Assembly: GCA_051294375.1 (NCBI GenBank)
Contig: CM119264.1
Span: forward strand, 13,474,813 to 13,538,812
DNA from: Paraspadella gotoi
Lineage: Eukaryota > Animalia > Chaetognatha
Length of the DNA: 64,000 nt
Reading direction: 5' to 3'
The translations under genes and the position numbers were made by a program. How positions within the stretch are numbered: position 1 is the stretch's first letter; every line of letters begins with the position of its first letter. Below the pieces are notes generated by a model that worked only from the letters and a program-made list of their open reading frames with translations, was not told the origin of the DNA and searched no databases. This document shows positions 19,813 through 42,514 of the stretch, in pieces.

Positions 19813-20149
19813 ACGGCTAAGACTCGTCGATCGGGTACCGGGTAAAAAAAAAATAAATCGGCGATCACGTTGAAAGTTGAGCGACCGGACACCCAGACAC
19901 GTGTGGCTATTGAGAATGACTCTCCCCGGTTCGTTCCCCCCCAAAAAAAAAAATTGTTACAACTTGTATCACTGGTATTACAAGTTGAGGCGAAGACGAT
20001 AATCAATTTACGATGTCGTTCGATTTGATAATTTTATTTGATTGATTGTTCAGTTCATGATAACCAGCTACCTAACTTTGTCCTTTCTCTTTTATTTTAT
20101 CTCCTAAGAGTATTTTACCATTACTATCTCTATGAACTTTTCATATTAA

Positions 20150-20600
20150 CCAAAAATGCTGCAAGATGAAAACTATGCAACTTGAAAAAAATTATGGAAT
20201 TTAAAAAAATAATGCAAGTTTTAAAAAAATGACTTTCGATCGCCCAATTTCTTTTAATTTAATTTAATATTTGATATTTGACCTAAATAAATTTTTAAAC
20301 TTAGAACCCTTATGACCCTAATCCCTAACCTTCATCCCTAACCCCAACCTATTCCTAAACTCTTACCCTTAATTTTTAACACTAACCCCTTACCTTAAAC
20401 CCTAGTCCCTTACCCCTAATCACTCAACTAATTTCTAATCTCAGTCACTAACTAACCTAATTCTTAACCCTAACTTCTAACATAATTTTTGATTAAGCTA
20501 ATTATAAATTAAAGATAAAACGGAACGTTCTGAAAAATAAGGCCAAAAAATGATGCAAGATGAAAAATGATACAAATTTTAAAAAATGATCAGTTTAATC
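20150..20600. mobile_element. Non-autonomous element with an internal degenerate (CCCTAA)n tract
   Basis: ccctaa/taaccc tract at 20300-20480, flanked by similar direct blocks aaaatg(c/a)tgcaagatgaaaa...tttaaaaaatga. Confidence 0.45.
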
Positions 20601-20613
20601 CCTTGAAAGCGAA

Positions 20614-20668
20614 ATGCATTATTTGCATTATTTGCATTATTTGCATTATTTGCATTATTTGCATTATT
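20614..20668. repeat. 9-nt tandem repeat (tgcattatt) x6
   Basis: Read directly from the sequence. Confidence 0.95.
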
Positions 20669-23300
20669 GGCGCAGGAACGGGGTTTTTTTTCCAATTCAG
20701 TGTGGTTGCGAATGCTACCTTTTTGTTATGAAATACAAAATATATATATATAATATATATATAAATAGCGTAATTTTACGACTGCTCTTTTGAATAATTG
20801 TGCCTTCATTGATATTCTTCGCAATGTATTGCAAAGTATAAGCAAAAGAGCGAGTGATATAGTTTTTATCTTTATAATATCGGGAATTAAAGTTAATTTT
20901 ATTTTTAAAAAAATATTTAATGCTCCCTGTAGCTGCCTAATTGAACATGAAAACTAAAACAACAACAACAACGACGACGGCAACGAGCGAATTATGTCGA
21001 TTGAAAACTCACCACATCGTTCCGTGGGTCAACTTATTGGACCCGCAAAACTGAACTCGATTCCTTTATTATTATTTTCTCTCACCGTGAATAGTTTTTC
21101 CCTATCTTTTTCGGCTCACATGTAGGTTGATAATATTTCTTTAAAAACGTGAGAAAGGTTGAGTTAAAATTGAATTTCGCGAATCAATCTCGCCAGACCG
21201 GTTTCTTATTTTATTTTTTTTTTCTCAAATTTTATTTATTCCACTCACGTGCAAGCAGGAACACGTCTACGGAAGCCGTATGAAAGTAAATATTTAAGTA
21301 CAGAATTTAAACGAAAATTAATAACAAAAACATATTTTCAATATTTTAAATTCAGCACAATGATTGTGAGACGTGTAGACTGTAGAATGTTTTTTTTTCT
21401 CATGGGTTGTACGTATCTCTCTAAACGGCATTCCCCCTTCAGAATGTGATTTATGTAGCCAAACATTTATAATTATAATTATAATAATAATAATAATAAT
21501 AATTATAATAATAATTATATAAGGTTGACAGAATTTAAATCAGTCAAGAGTTTAGGAACTATACCAAGGCAACCCGGACTGAGTTGTAAAGAAGGAAACC
21601 GAAAAAAATATTTTATGACTTTATAACATGGCAACGTAAATAAGACAATTATAATCGATTTATTAGGCTTTTTTATAATTCTCGAATGCCCATGAGGCGA
21701 ATTGGGCAATGTCACTACAAATCGAAGGATATTTCGCGGCTTGGGGGAGGAGGGGGAAATGATATGTCAGTCAGTCAGTCAACGAACCAATAATGTTGCG
21801 ACAAACAGGCCGTTGACTCCCGCTGCTGCTTAAAGGTGGCTAACCAATCTCTCACGTGAGCACGTGCGAGATTAAATTTGAATCGAGAGAAGAAACCAGA
21901 TATTTTGCTCGGTTAATTCTTTATGACTTGTTTTGCCACTTATGTCATGATCCACATAATCAATCATACTGACAACCCACCCGGGCGCAATAAATCAGGC
22001 TCTTGTGGCAGTAACCACAATTTCGAAGTTGACGTGACTCGTTTGGAGGCACGTGACCGTCGCGGTTGGTTGAGCGGCCTGCTTGATCCTCATTTAATGA
22101 GATGATCGGTTACGTACCTATTATGGAATGATGAGCTTATTACCCGATTAACTTTTTATGTCATCTCATCGCGACATTTGTGAGCGCGAATTAATTGAAT
22201 CCAATTTCGTAATTGAAATGTTTCAACAACCCTAACCCCGATGTGTCCGCATGGAGTCGAAATTTTAACGGAGCGCAGCGAGAAATGCTAAGAGGTTTAG
22301 TCTTCGTCCTTGGAATTGACGGCGTGGCATCGATTTTAAATTCGGTAGACGCGCTGAGTTCTTGCCTCTCCGGGATTATGTTCGGTTGTAAAATTGCTAA
22401 ATTTTTGTCAAAGACGAAATAATTTAATCAACGAAACTAATATTTTCAAAGCGTTTTGGATACTGATCGATATTGAGAACCAGCTAAAGAAGATTGAAAC
22501 ATTTTAACTCCTCTTCTCTTCTGCTTTCACCTACACCTCATCTGTAATTTTCTTAGTCTTCTTTATTCACTTTATCGTCGTTAGGACTTGAATGTCTTTT
22601 TCTCTTCCTCCTCCACTGGAGACGACTGGAGAACCTCCAGTCGTCTACATATTGTAGTACAATTTCGTTCAGATAGAAAAAAATTGCTTTTAACTGGCAC
22701 TTTGAAAGACTCTTTCCTATTGTAAATAACAAAAGCCCGTTTCATACGGCGATTACGGCATCCGAGCACCGTTGGCGTAGGCGTAGGCTCCATTTTTTGC
22801 TCGGTGAAACTACTTATTCTTGGATGTGAAGACGAGGGTCGAGAACAATGTAATAGAGAGACATTTTGAAACTGGAGTGCTTTTCTTAAAATGTCTCTAC
22901 AAATGTTTATAAGATTCCTAAACAAATTTTGAATTCAAAATTCTTGCAGTCGTTTAGGCTACCATCTATTTTTTAACTATGGATTTTGTTCATGACAGGA
23001 AAACCAACAGAGTAACAAGATTAATTACTTTACTCTCCACTTCAATAAAAAAAGGGATTTTTTTATGATAACTGATGACTCCGATGCATCTCTTGATGTG
23101 ATCGCTGTAATACATAAAAGTTTACGAAAGCTGAATGACCCTTCCTCCTAAACGGAAAAGAAAAGCTTATCTTGATGAAGTTAATGCGTTGGGTGCGTTA
23201 ATAGCTAGTTGTAAGCAAGAATGAATATATTCTTAATCTACTGCGATTTACGTTTCATGTCTGAAAAGTAATTCGATCATGAACTAGAAACTAATCATTT

Positions 23301-23421
<121 letters not shown>

Positions 23422-24694
23422 CTTTCTCTACATCTGCCATATTTCTCCTTGAGCTAATCGATTTCTTATTAAACGCCATCTTCAATCAAAGATGTCAAGA
23501 AAAGTTTCTTCCCAATAGTAACTCAGAGAATAGAATTAACAAATTAACAAATTAACCTGATTGTCATCCAAACAGTTTGTTTGTTTCTCCTTCCTAAACA
23601 ATGAACATATTCATTCTTTTTCCTTTCAGTCTTTTTCATAGTCTACCCTCTTTTTTTCATTTTTCTTCCTCTCAATTTCCCTTATATTCGTTTCCGATTA
23701 ATAATTTTTATAAGTTGTGTCATTTTATCCTTATTTTTTTTTAAAATCTACTCTTCCTCCTCTTGCTCCTCTTCCTCCTCCCCTCCATTTCCTTCTCTTC
23801 CTTCTCTTCACTTCTTCTTGCTCGTCACCTCACGATGGTGACGCGACTTTCGTGATTTATTTATGGTTCGATTTTTTTTTCCTTTCACAATTTTCCTTTT
23901 CTTCTTCTCATAACGATTTTTTTTCCTTTTGAAAGATATTTAACTTCAGCCGTTCAATAAGTTTAAATAAGTTTACAAATTTAAGGACGTATAATTTATA
24001 TAAATACTGCGAAGTAAGTATGAATTTAATTTTGACAAACTAACGAACAGAAAATATTTTTTTAACAGCCAGTCAATGATTTTCAAGTATGGCGATTGTT
24101 TAAAAAATGTTAGACCGTTGATATAATCAGCTCCTAACTAAATAAAAGTTGTTGAAAGCTCAGGGAAAATTTCGAGTTTTTATTTCTTTGCTAAATTAAT
24201 TTGCTGATGATTTCTGACTAATTATTTTGGGTTTTTTTTAAAGAAGGTAATGCATACTGCATACTGCATAGTTTATTTTTTTGGTCGTTTCCAACTGTAA
24301 TTCTATTAAGTTTCTCGAAAAAAACGATACTGTTTTTAAAAATTAAATTTTTAGACAGTTCCGAAAGAGTAAAAAAGATAGGCGGGTTATGACGCGATGT
24401 ACAGTCTCGTAGAAAAAACTATGCAGTTAAAAAAAATTTCAGTATTGATTTTTTCATTTCTTATTATTTCTCATCCGAGGGCTTTACTCCCTGAATGTTA
24501 TGTAGAAAAATTAATGCAAAATCTCTTAAAGCTCTCAAGATACAGTTAAATACATAAATGCCGTCAGAATTCAAACTAAAAAGAAGATTGGTTTATTCTT
24601 TAACATGTGAACAACATATCTCTTAAAAAACAATGCAATCGGAATCTCCTCTGTTTAAGCTGTCGTTTGATATCAAAAACTTCAAACATTTGTT

Positions 24695-24850
24695 TGTCCA
24701 TATGTCTGTCTGTCCATCCTTTCTCCAGTACCTTTAAAGTCTTATTACTTATGTTTGGATGAATCAATTGAGTTGAAAATTTGTCTGTGATTAAAAAACT
24801 AGTTCATTGAGCTGGAATTCAAGTTTCAATGGAATCAAGCTAGTAGAAGT
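24695..24850 (+). mobile_element. Dispersed repeat with a (gtcy)n-like tract, possibly Helitron/DINE-like
   Basis: Similar to 49095-49260 (tgtccat...ttact...ttggatg...gagctgga...atggaatc); a short reverse fragment lies near 15765-15795. Confidence 0.5.
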
Positions 24851-27041
24851 AGGTTTTAATAGAAAAAGTAAAGATAAATTTTAATTATTTAATTTTAATT
24901 TGTATTTTTAATAATTATTTTTAGATGTGCCGAGATTAAGAGCCACGCAAGTCTATCAAAAACTTTTTTATTTTCGTTATATACGGTCGATTTTTATTTG
25001 ACCTAAAGCTAATCTTCAATTTATATTTTACTACAGTACCGGAAACCTAGAATGTCGTAAATCTGTACATGGCCCATGGGATAACTTTTCCATTTATAGG
25101 ATAAATGGCTTTAGGATTTTATAGGACGTTGCCTGGATGTCTGGCTATTGCCCATTTAAGCATTTTTTTCAAAAAATAATCTTAAACCACTTAAAAATTG
25201 GGTCAAAATTTTTTTAAAAAAACTTGCTTAGCTCTAATATATTTTAAATTTTTTTCTTAAAATTTTGCTAACTTGTACTCAAGAGGGTTTGTAAACTTCT
25301 GTAAAAATATGTTACTATCAAAAAGTTTTTTTTCCATATTTATCAGTGCGAATATTTTAGATGGGTCATTTTTTCAATGATACATAACTTCCTTAATTGT
25401 GAATATTATGGTTTAAATTTTAGTAATAGGTGGGCCTTGGGTAGTCCTGCAATACATATATTTATTGATAAATCAACCACTTATTAATTATATTCATATC
25501 CATAGTCTATGATCTGGATTGAAAATTAGAGCTCAGGATAAGTTTTTACCATAGAGTTCATTACTGTTGGTCACTTTGTTGTCCATACAGTTGGCTGACT
25601 CTCTTTCTGTCTCTCTCTCTTTCTTCCTTAACCAGTGCCGCGATTTCACTTTTCAGTCACATAAAATATCTTTCTTATCTGACGTCTCCTGGTTACGAAA
25701 AAAAAAATATTTGTGATAGCCTCGAACGTGCAACCTTCGCATCTTAAACAACAATCAGAATTCTCTCTCTCACTTTAGCTTTTGCTCTCTAGCCTCACTC
25801 TTTGCCTCACTCTCTCTATGTCGCTTTTTCTTTGTTTCTGCATCAATTTCAGAACTTTTGCTCACTTATATTACATTACACACATTACAGTATTATTATT
25901 AAAAGCAATGATTCATAAAAATTAATAGCAAATGATAACAATAACATAAGATAAGAAAAACTGTCCTCCAAATCCCTCTTGAATACTTATGGAAAACATA
26001 AAGAAAAAAAAAATGAAAAAATGAAAAATTTTTAAAAAAAACTTTTTCAGACCATGCTCACGAAGAATTATAATTTTGCATAAAAAATAATAAATCAAAA
26101 AAATAAAAACATCAGATTGTGACAAAATCGATTGGGAAAAATCTGATTTTTTTCAAAATGCAAAATTATTTCTCAAGTTCCTATTTTATAATTCTCCATG
26201 AGACAAATGTTTTTTTCGAAAATTTAAATATTCAACTTTTTAATTAATTAAAAATCATTTTAGTATACTAATTTTAAATATTTTTATAAAAATTTATACC
26301 TAAAGTTCTAGAAAGATGCTTTTCCCAAAAATGTCTCTCTTAGATCTTTCTTAAAACGCCAAACAAGTCACAGCCACAAAATGAATACAAAAACTAGAAA
26401 AAAACAATATTGTTTTGTCATTCTGATTTAGAGATATTTGGTTGATTGTTATGCCTTAAATTTCCTTTAAATGAAAAAATAATAGGTTTAAAAGATAGCT
26501 CTTGATCTCTAGTTGTAAATTGAGTTTGAATATAACTTTTTTTAATCAACAAGTTTAACCCAGATTAATTACAATGACGATGGTATGAAATTTTTTAAGC
26601 TACTTTTAGCCTGATTTTTTACATATTTTGATTATCTTTGCGATCTTACTGATTAAAAACAGTCATGGTAAAAAAAGCCTATGTTCTTTCGAATATAAGG
26701 CATATGTTAGTAATCAGACAGAGTAAAAATTTTGGTCACAGATAAAGAATTTTGCATGAGAAGAGCGTGAATAAAATTTTCCACGAGACTGTGCACCGCG
26801 ACTTATCTACAATCTTGAAATTTTAACCAATAAAAATCTCTCTCTTTTCTCACTGGATAATAACTTTACTTAAACCCTCTTAGTTTTGTATTGCCAAGTC
26901 ATAAAAACATTATTAAATAAAATCTTTCGACACTAGATTTAACGCAGACACCTCACGTTTCAATATAAACAAAATTAAACTGAAAGATAACTTCACGAAA
27001 TTAATAAATAGAAAACAACAAAAGCGCCATCTTTCGACGAA

Positions 27042-31301
<4,260 letters not shown>

Positions 31302-33089
31302 TTTTTTTTTGGTTCTTTTTTAGTCATTCGTTTTTTTTAAATGTATCAAACGCCCACTCCCTTAAGATTAACAAGAACCGGCAAGTTGAAGGTGTTGAGC
31401 CAAACTTTTTTAAGAGCGCGCATTTACAGATGATCACGAGTACAACAGAACACACAAACAACAGACAGATAGTAAGCCTATAGAGTTGCTTCGCGAGTAC
31501 TCCCCGCGTAACTAGAACTAAATGGGAATGTAGTCTTTCAGAGCTACAAATACTTATTTTCGTTTACAAGAAAAATATTCAATCGTAATTACTACATAAT
31601 AAGTAAATTTCCTGGCAGGGAAAACTTATCCATGATGTAACGCAACGTTATGTAATAAGTGTAAAAATTTTACAACTTCATTCTTAAGAGTATCCCAGTA
31701 GGCAATTAAATGTTTGTATCGTTCAACTTGTGTTCAAATAATGTAATTAAAAACCAAAGAAACCGCAAAATTTATTCCTCAATATTTGATTTTTTATTCC
31801 ATTGACGTTCCCTCGTTGAATTTGTAATACAAGTTTTTGTGAAAAAAAGAAACATTTTTGTTTATTTTCTCGTTTGACTTTTTCGAGTTGGAGTTAGAAA
31901 GAAAAAAGATACTAATTAAATAGAATAAACTAACTTGCTTAGAGACTTACCCTTACCCTTACCAATACTACATATACGTAGGTTTGGCAACCTTTATTTC
32001 TTTGCTGCATATAATGATTTTTCGGCCATTGACAAATAAGGGGTGAACTTAGGCAAACACTTTTTCCTTAAATAGGTAATAAACCATTTTTTGGTTTACC
32101 TAGTAGTTAACTGAAAAAAAGTAAGCAATTTTTAATGGAGGAAAGTAACTGACAAATTTATGACCTAATTTGCTAATATTTAAAATAGAAATATTATTTT
32201 TAATAATTTCAAACCAAATAATATTAAATCAAATATAGAATTAAAAAATTAATAAAATAGGATATTTTCTTGTATTAACATTGAAATGCAAATTAGTTTT
32301 AGCCTAAATATTTTTTAAATATTTTTAATGAAAAAAAAATTAGTAGCTAAAAATATTTATTCCGCTTTGACAAAGTTTTGTAGCAGGGGTTTGAGTCCAG
32401 TATATAGTTTTTTAATTAAGATGAACTTTTCTTAATATGTTCAAAAATATTATTTTATACTTTGTGTTAAAATTTCTGTTAATGATGAAAATTATTTTTT
32501 ATTTATAAATCATGTCAATAGATTATTTACTTTCCATATCGAGATATAATTTTTTAATATAATCAGCTAGGGAGGTATCTATTAATCCATGTCATATTCA
32601 ACAAAGAATTCTAGTAAGCTTTGACATTCATAATAAGATGCAAAACATTTTTTGGGCGACTTGGCTACATTTTTATATCATTTTTGATAGAGAGTTTAAT
32701 CTTTTAATCATATCAGGATATATACAGTATTTTTAGGCTTAAAATATAATAATGAAAAATTGAAAATATAGTTGATTATGAAATTAAAATAATACAAGAA
32801 AATATATTGTTTTATTTATCTTTAAAAAAAATAGAAGCAAAATATTTTGATTCAGAAATTTCCTATCTTAATTTAAAAAAATATATTTTCTTTACTTAAG
32901 CAATTTGAGTAACACTTTGCTTGGTTAATCAGGCAAAATATTTCTAAAGTTCAACCTTTATTGACAAAGTGATCGATAAGTCGCGACTCACGTGACTCAT
33001 ATTTCGTTTCCGCGTCAGATTCACACAGGAGGAACTTGTCGTCCTCATTGGCTACATTCGATTAAGATCCACCGAGAGATTTATCTAGA

Positions 33090-33123
33090 ATTTCTTTCTT
33101 TCTTTCTTTCTTTCTTTCTTTGA

Positions 33124-33221
<98 letters not shown>

Positions 33222-33290
33222 ATTTCAATCTTTCTTTCTTTATTTCAATCTTTCTTTTTTATTTCAATCTTTCTTTTTTCCTTTCTTTTT
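33090..33290. repeat. (TTTC)n microsatellite
   Basis: Read directly; similar tracts at 37595-37693, 43950-44085 and 47155-47240. Confidence 0.95.
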
Positions 33291-34815
33291 TTTTAGTGGT
33301 TGCTTTTAAAATGAAATAATTGCAAGACTATAGGGACTAATATTTATTTCTGCATTATGAAATTCATATTTCAAATTTATAGTCGAAATGTTAAATCATA
33401 TAGAAATCCTTACTTCTCAGTCTTAAAATAACTAAGTAAATGTTTCACAATTAAAATTGCCATTACAACCTATTTCACAATCGAAAGGCGGAACGAAAAC
33501 AATAAGAAAAATAATCGTCGTCGTCGTCGTCGTCGTCGTAAAGTTAAGCATGAGGGACAAGAAGAGAATGAGTCAGAACAGAAAAGTCGAAGGGAAAAAC
33601 CAATAAGTTTGGAAACGGAGAAAAAACGAATTGCGACGCGACGAAGGAGAACGAGCTCGAAAAAAAAAAAAAGAGCAAGACAATTCGGAAAGCAAAATAA
33701 TCAACCGAGGACAAGAATAATAAAAAAAAAAGACCAACACACTTGAACTTAAAACTGAAATAAATTGAAAACAAATTTTTAAAAACCCCAAAAACCAAAA
33801 ATAAAACGTCGAAAATTGTTTTAAAAGTAATAAAGTTATAAACAGCGAACGGCGAAAACCAAATAAGAAAGAGCAAACGGTAACAAGTTATCTGTAAACA
33901 CTTGGGTCGTAAACATGTCAGCGACGGAGAAAAGGAAAGAAATCGAATCGGAGATGACGGCGACGGCCTTGGCTGCGTCGGCGGCGTCGGCTGCGGCGTC
34001 GGCTGCGGCGTCGGCAACCACTTGTTCTGAGGCTGCAGGTGATGTCCAAAACAAAATCAATAATTCAATTAAACGTCGATATAATTCTATAAGAAATAAA
34101 CGAGTTTCTTTGTTTTTCCGCACGGAGAAAAGGTTTTTAGTTAATTGAAATTTTGGACTTATATCAATAAATAAAATAAATAAATAAATAAAATGAGTTA
34201 AAAAAATCGTTAAATAACACTAAATTACATTTTGGGTAGCCGTTATAAATTCTTATGTTATCTCGATGAAAGACGAGCATTTTTGATAATTTTTGATACT
34301 TTTGAAACAGGAGCTGCTTCTTTATCTTCGTCGTCGTCGGTCGAAGCGATCTTAGATAGACGGAGATCGGAACGAATGTTCGAGTTGCGCCAACTGCGCC
34401 ACGGATCCAAATGCGTCACCAGGGAGGCAAGTGTCATGCGTGTCGTAGTTTTGAGTTCAGACTCTCTCAGCTTATTTTTTCAATAAAAAGTGGAAAAGTA
34501 AAAAAAAAGAGTAAAAAAAAGACCGGTAGCAATACATGGACACTACTTGTCTCTTAGATAAATACAAATCTGTCAAAAAAAAAGCAAATGCTTTTTTGTT
34601 GAATTTTTAAACTCATTCCTTTCACCTGTATGGAACCGGCTGAGAGAGAAATAATTCTATGGCGTAGTTCATTTCATCAATTGAGCTTTTTATACAAAAA
34701 TTATTATACTTGTTATATATTTTTTTTCTTCCCAGGATGGGCCAAAAGAACATATTGAAGATTTTTTTCACCGCAGTTTGGGTGGCACAGCATTCGTTGA
34801 GGTCAGTTCTTGTTG

Positions 34816-34932
<117 letters not shown>

Positions 34933-35225
34933 GAACAACGAAATTTCCTCCGCAAAAAATAAAATTTTCTTTTCGCACTAAATCTCTCTCGCTCTCACCC
35001 TCTGACCTAAAACCTGCATTCAATGTATAAACGGATATGTTCAAACATGCATTGCGATTGAAGTTTAATATTTCGAAAGGCCGCAATATTTTAATCTCTG
35101 GCTCTGAATATAAAGTTGTAAACATTTTGCGAGTAAGGGAGATACATACCCACATCTCGGTCACTGTTGAATCACAGCAACGACGCGTCACCGCAAAACA
35201 TCGTCACTTCGTCGATCTTTCACAT

Positions 35226-38569
<3,344 letters not shown>

Positions 38570-39895
38570 GTTATGCAAAAAGTATTATTTACAGCAGTTG
38601 CCGCTAGATTTTTCAGACATTTCTCATATCGATTGAAAGAGAAATTAGCCTGGTTTTAAAATATATTTATTTTCTTTTCTTTTTTTTATACCACAAACCG
38701 TTTTTGAGCTGTAAGCGCTTGAAGTTAGTCCAAACAGACCGGAATCTCCCTGTATTTATTTTACTTTTCTTTAAATTCTTCGTACATACTTATATATATA
38801 CTTATTATTATATTGGCCATAATAAATCATTGGAAAAATCAATCCCGCTCCCTCTTCTCCTTCTCTTCCCCTTCTTCCCAGCGACTTTCCCGAAGTCATT
38901 CACTCGATGACCATAACACGTTTCCTCACATAAATTTCTTTCCCTCATAAAAACCCATTGGACGAAAACGAGACGCGACCTCGATGGAGGCGAGAGCGTC
39001 GCCTTCCAAATGGAGGAAGGGCCACCGGGGGGGGGGAAGGTAGAACCCCGATATGACGTATTTGGTACATATATGTTACTGAGGGTTTTGACAAATATCG
39101 CGAAGGAAAGGGGGGGGTGTGAAACGAGATGAAATAATAGACGAGTTCGTATATGACGTTTTCAACTCGGCGGATCATCCCTCCTTTGGGCGTCTGTCTC
39201 ATCTGCTTCAGCCATCGGCTCATTTCACATTAATTTATTATTCAAAAAGTCTTCGTATTTTCCGATCCTACGCTGGGATTTTCATTAAAAATTCATTTAT
39301 TGAAAAATCGAACTCATTCTTTTTCCCTATTTTTTTTTATTCTATCTGTTTTCTGTTTGGATTTTCTCCCCTTCGATTCGCTCTTCTTCCCTAATTTGAG
39401 AATCAGGTTCTCTTTTCACTTCTCTCCCGCGCTTTACCTATCTTTCCCGCCCATACTCCCACTCTCCCGCCCTTTACCCGCTCTCCCAGCCTTCCCTACC
39501 CCCTTTCTCTCCCACACTTTTCCTCTCTCCTCTACATCTCTTTTTCTTCCTCCTTTCCTCCTCTCACTTTCCTCTGATTCCCTTCATCCCATCCGAAATC
39601 TGGCCTCGACCTCATTTCTTCTCTTTCCTCCAAGGAAACCTTTCTCTTCTTCTTACTCCTCTTGATAATCTTTTTTAAAATTTGAATATTTTTTTTTCGC
39701 CAAAGAATTTCATTACCAAAAGAGAAAACAACGGTTCTGACTTTTTTTTTTGGGGGGGGGGGTCGGGATTTCGATTCCCCCCCCCGTCAGTATTCTTTTC
39801 AATTTCACAGCCATCGCTTTCTTGTTATCTCCGCCCATATTTGAGCTTTCTTTTCACCACCTCCCTAACAACTCCTCCCCCCACCTTTGCCCACA

Positions 39896-41245
39896 TCATC
39901 TCTCACTGATTCTGATCTCTTCCTCCTCCTCCTCCATTTCGTCCGCCAACGCGTCCGCCAGCGTTGCGTCTCTCGCCGCGCGCGTCCTTCGGTCCGAGCG
40001 ACGCATGACGCCTTCGACGATGGACGCCTCACGCGCCATCTCCATCAGGCGCACGCCTGGTAGATGCAGCTCTCCGCGACGGACCGTCTCCTCTATTACC
40101 TGTTGAGAGAGAAATGTGGTCGAGGGTCATTTGTTTAATTCCGATTAGATCCTCGACATTGGCTGTGACGTTGTCATAAGCCATAAGCATTACCCGACGC
40201 TGAGTCGCAGTCATTGCCTTAAGGTTGCTATAATATTTTGATGAGGTCTGTTAGTTTTATTTTACTTAAAAAAACGATTTAAACTTGAGTCTGAATGAAT
40301 TAACCATGAATAAAAGATGACGGCGCCCGTCTTTAAGTTCGTCTCCAATTCAAATCGTGTCCCTCAATTCAACCTTGAGTTCCTCGCCGCCCATAAGAGC
40401 AAACGGAAGGCCGATCGGATCGATTGGCGCAATAAATTAATCACGAAACTGTGGCAGCAAGACTTAAAGCTGCCTCACTGCTGTCCGTCCTCAGCCTCGT
40501 CTCAATGGCTGAGCAGGCTAAATCATCTCATTCCATCCGTGCGTCCCGTGTTCAATCCCTGGGTATCCCGGTTCTGGCTTTAATGTGACGGTGCCGGTAT
40601 AAACATGCCAGTGACAGGAGGCGGTCACTGAGGGTCCGCAGCCCCTACGCCAGTTGGTGAGATACCCCGCGCCCCGGGTATCACAGGCTATCCTCCCGTT
40701 GCCATAAAACCTTATTTACATTAAACAGTAAACACTCTGCGCCACACAAAAATACCGAAACTCCCCACCGTTTTTTTTTCATCAGGCATCAGTCATCACC
40801 GATTCAATTTGGTGCTGGGATTCACTCACTCTTCATCCTCAACAAGCAAATTTATCCCTGAATCAAATTTTGCCAAGCGTTAATTGCTTCAAAGCCCCTA
40901 AGGCTCATGTCGACACGGACCCGATCAGAGTCAAGCTCATTTCCGGTCAATCTTTGCTTCGACCCAATTACCTCCTTCGCCTCAATCGATGGCAGCCGTC
41001 GAATCGGCACGGGTTCTTTGATCTTCTCCTCTTCATCTTCTTCCTCCACCCCGCCCTCTCCCTCGGCCAATTCCCAGCGCGAGCCCCAACCAGGAAAGAA
41101 ACCGTAAGCGGGCGGAAGGACAGAGTCCATTCTCGCCAGGTAGTTGTCGGGCACCTCGAGGGCGTCGGCGGGCAGAGAGGCTTGGAATGACTCCACCTCA
41201 AAGGAGTGGGGGAATGAAAATTTGGGGAAAGGTTAAAAGAAAAAG

Positions 41246-41318
<73 letters not shown>

Positions 41319-42195
41319 AGAGAGAAGAGAGAGAGGAGGAAGAGAAAACCAGAGCGATCGCTCGAAAAAGTGGAAAGAGATAAAAAAGAAAGAGAGTCGT
41401 GGAAATAAAAGGGGAAAAAAATCGGTCTTGACATCGAAAGAAAAAAAAACCCTTTAGGTGTAACGGAAAAAAAACATATAAGACAGAAATAAAAAAAATT
41501 AAAACAGTTTAAATACGTATAACATTAATTAAGCTAAAATTGCGAGGATAAATATGAAGGAAGAAAGGCAAACTTTAAAGGATTCCACATGCTCGGTAGA
41601 GGGGAAGCCCGATAGCACGGCGGTAACGTCCGAATTCGAAGCCACACCAGTGTAATCCTTTGGAAGGCAGGGAAGGAATGAGAAAGAATGGTTCATTATT
41701 AGTAAATTTATTTATTTATTTGGCTCGTGGCTTCGATTAAAGTTGAGTCAAATTCTGGTCTTAAGCTGATTTCATTGACGTCCCTGTCATAAAATTGTCA
41801 TCCTGCAAATGAGGACATTCGATGCCGATTTTATTGTCTATTCAACATTTCTGTCTGCGGTGAAAGAAAACTTGCCACGTTTTTTTAAACTGAAAGAGAA
41901 TCTCTTTTTTTTTTAAACTTTCCTCCTTTTTTTATTCGGCGACTGAATTATCTCCTGGAAAATCAGGTAAAGGAAATCGAAGGAGATCGAGACAGACGTT
42001 GAAGAAGACGACGACGAATACGACAACGACGACGACAAAGACGACGACAAAAACGGCATCACAAAAAAAAAAAAGGACAAAGATTCGGTCGTAATGAGAA
42101 TCGCATCGGAAATAACGATTATCGCAACTGGAGGGAGACGACGATAAAAAAAAAAAAAGATGAAGAGATTTTCGATGATGAATGACTTTAAGCCC

Positions 42196-42237
<42 letters not shown>

Positions 42238-42475
42238 TCGGCTTCGACTTTTCCCTCGACTCGCGCTCCATCTATGATGGCACCTCGAAACAAAACAAAA
42301 ACAGAGAATGACGACCATCAGGGCGACGATTAAAATCCCAGTGGCAAGGGCCTCGACGAAAACGACAACGACGAAGACGAAGACGTCAGCAACTGAGAAA
42401 CGGTTTTTGCGTTTTCTCGTTACTCCCTAATCCGTCGTGGTCACCGCTCTCGCTCCGGGAGGAACCCACGTAACG

Positions 42476-42514
<39 letters not shown>

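Noticed and set aside
32025-32970. Possible old MITE with weak inverted ends
   Set aside because: The similarity is short and lies in very AT-rich DNA; no TSD
33544-34148. Overlapping Ala/Pro-rich ORFs
   Set aside because: They arise from a short gcggcgtcggct repeat plus a T-rich tail; no supported splice chain
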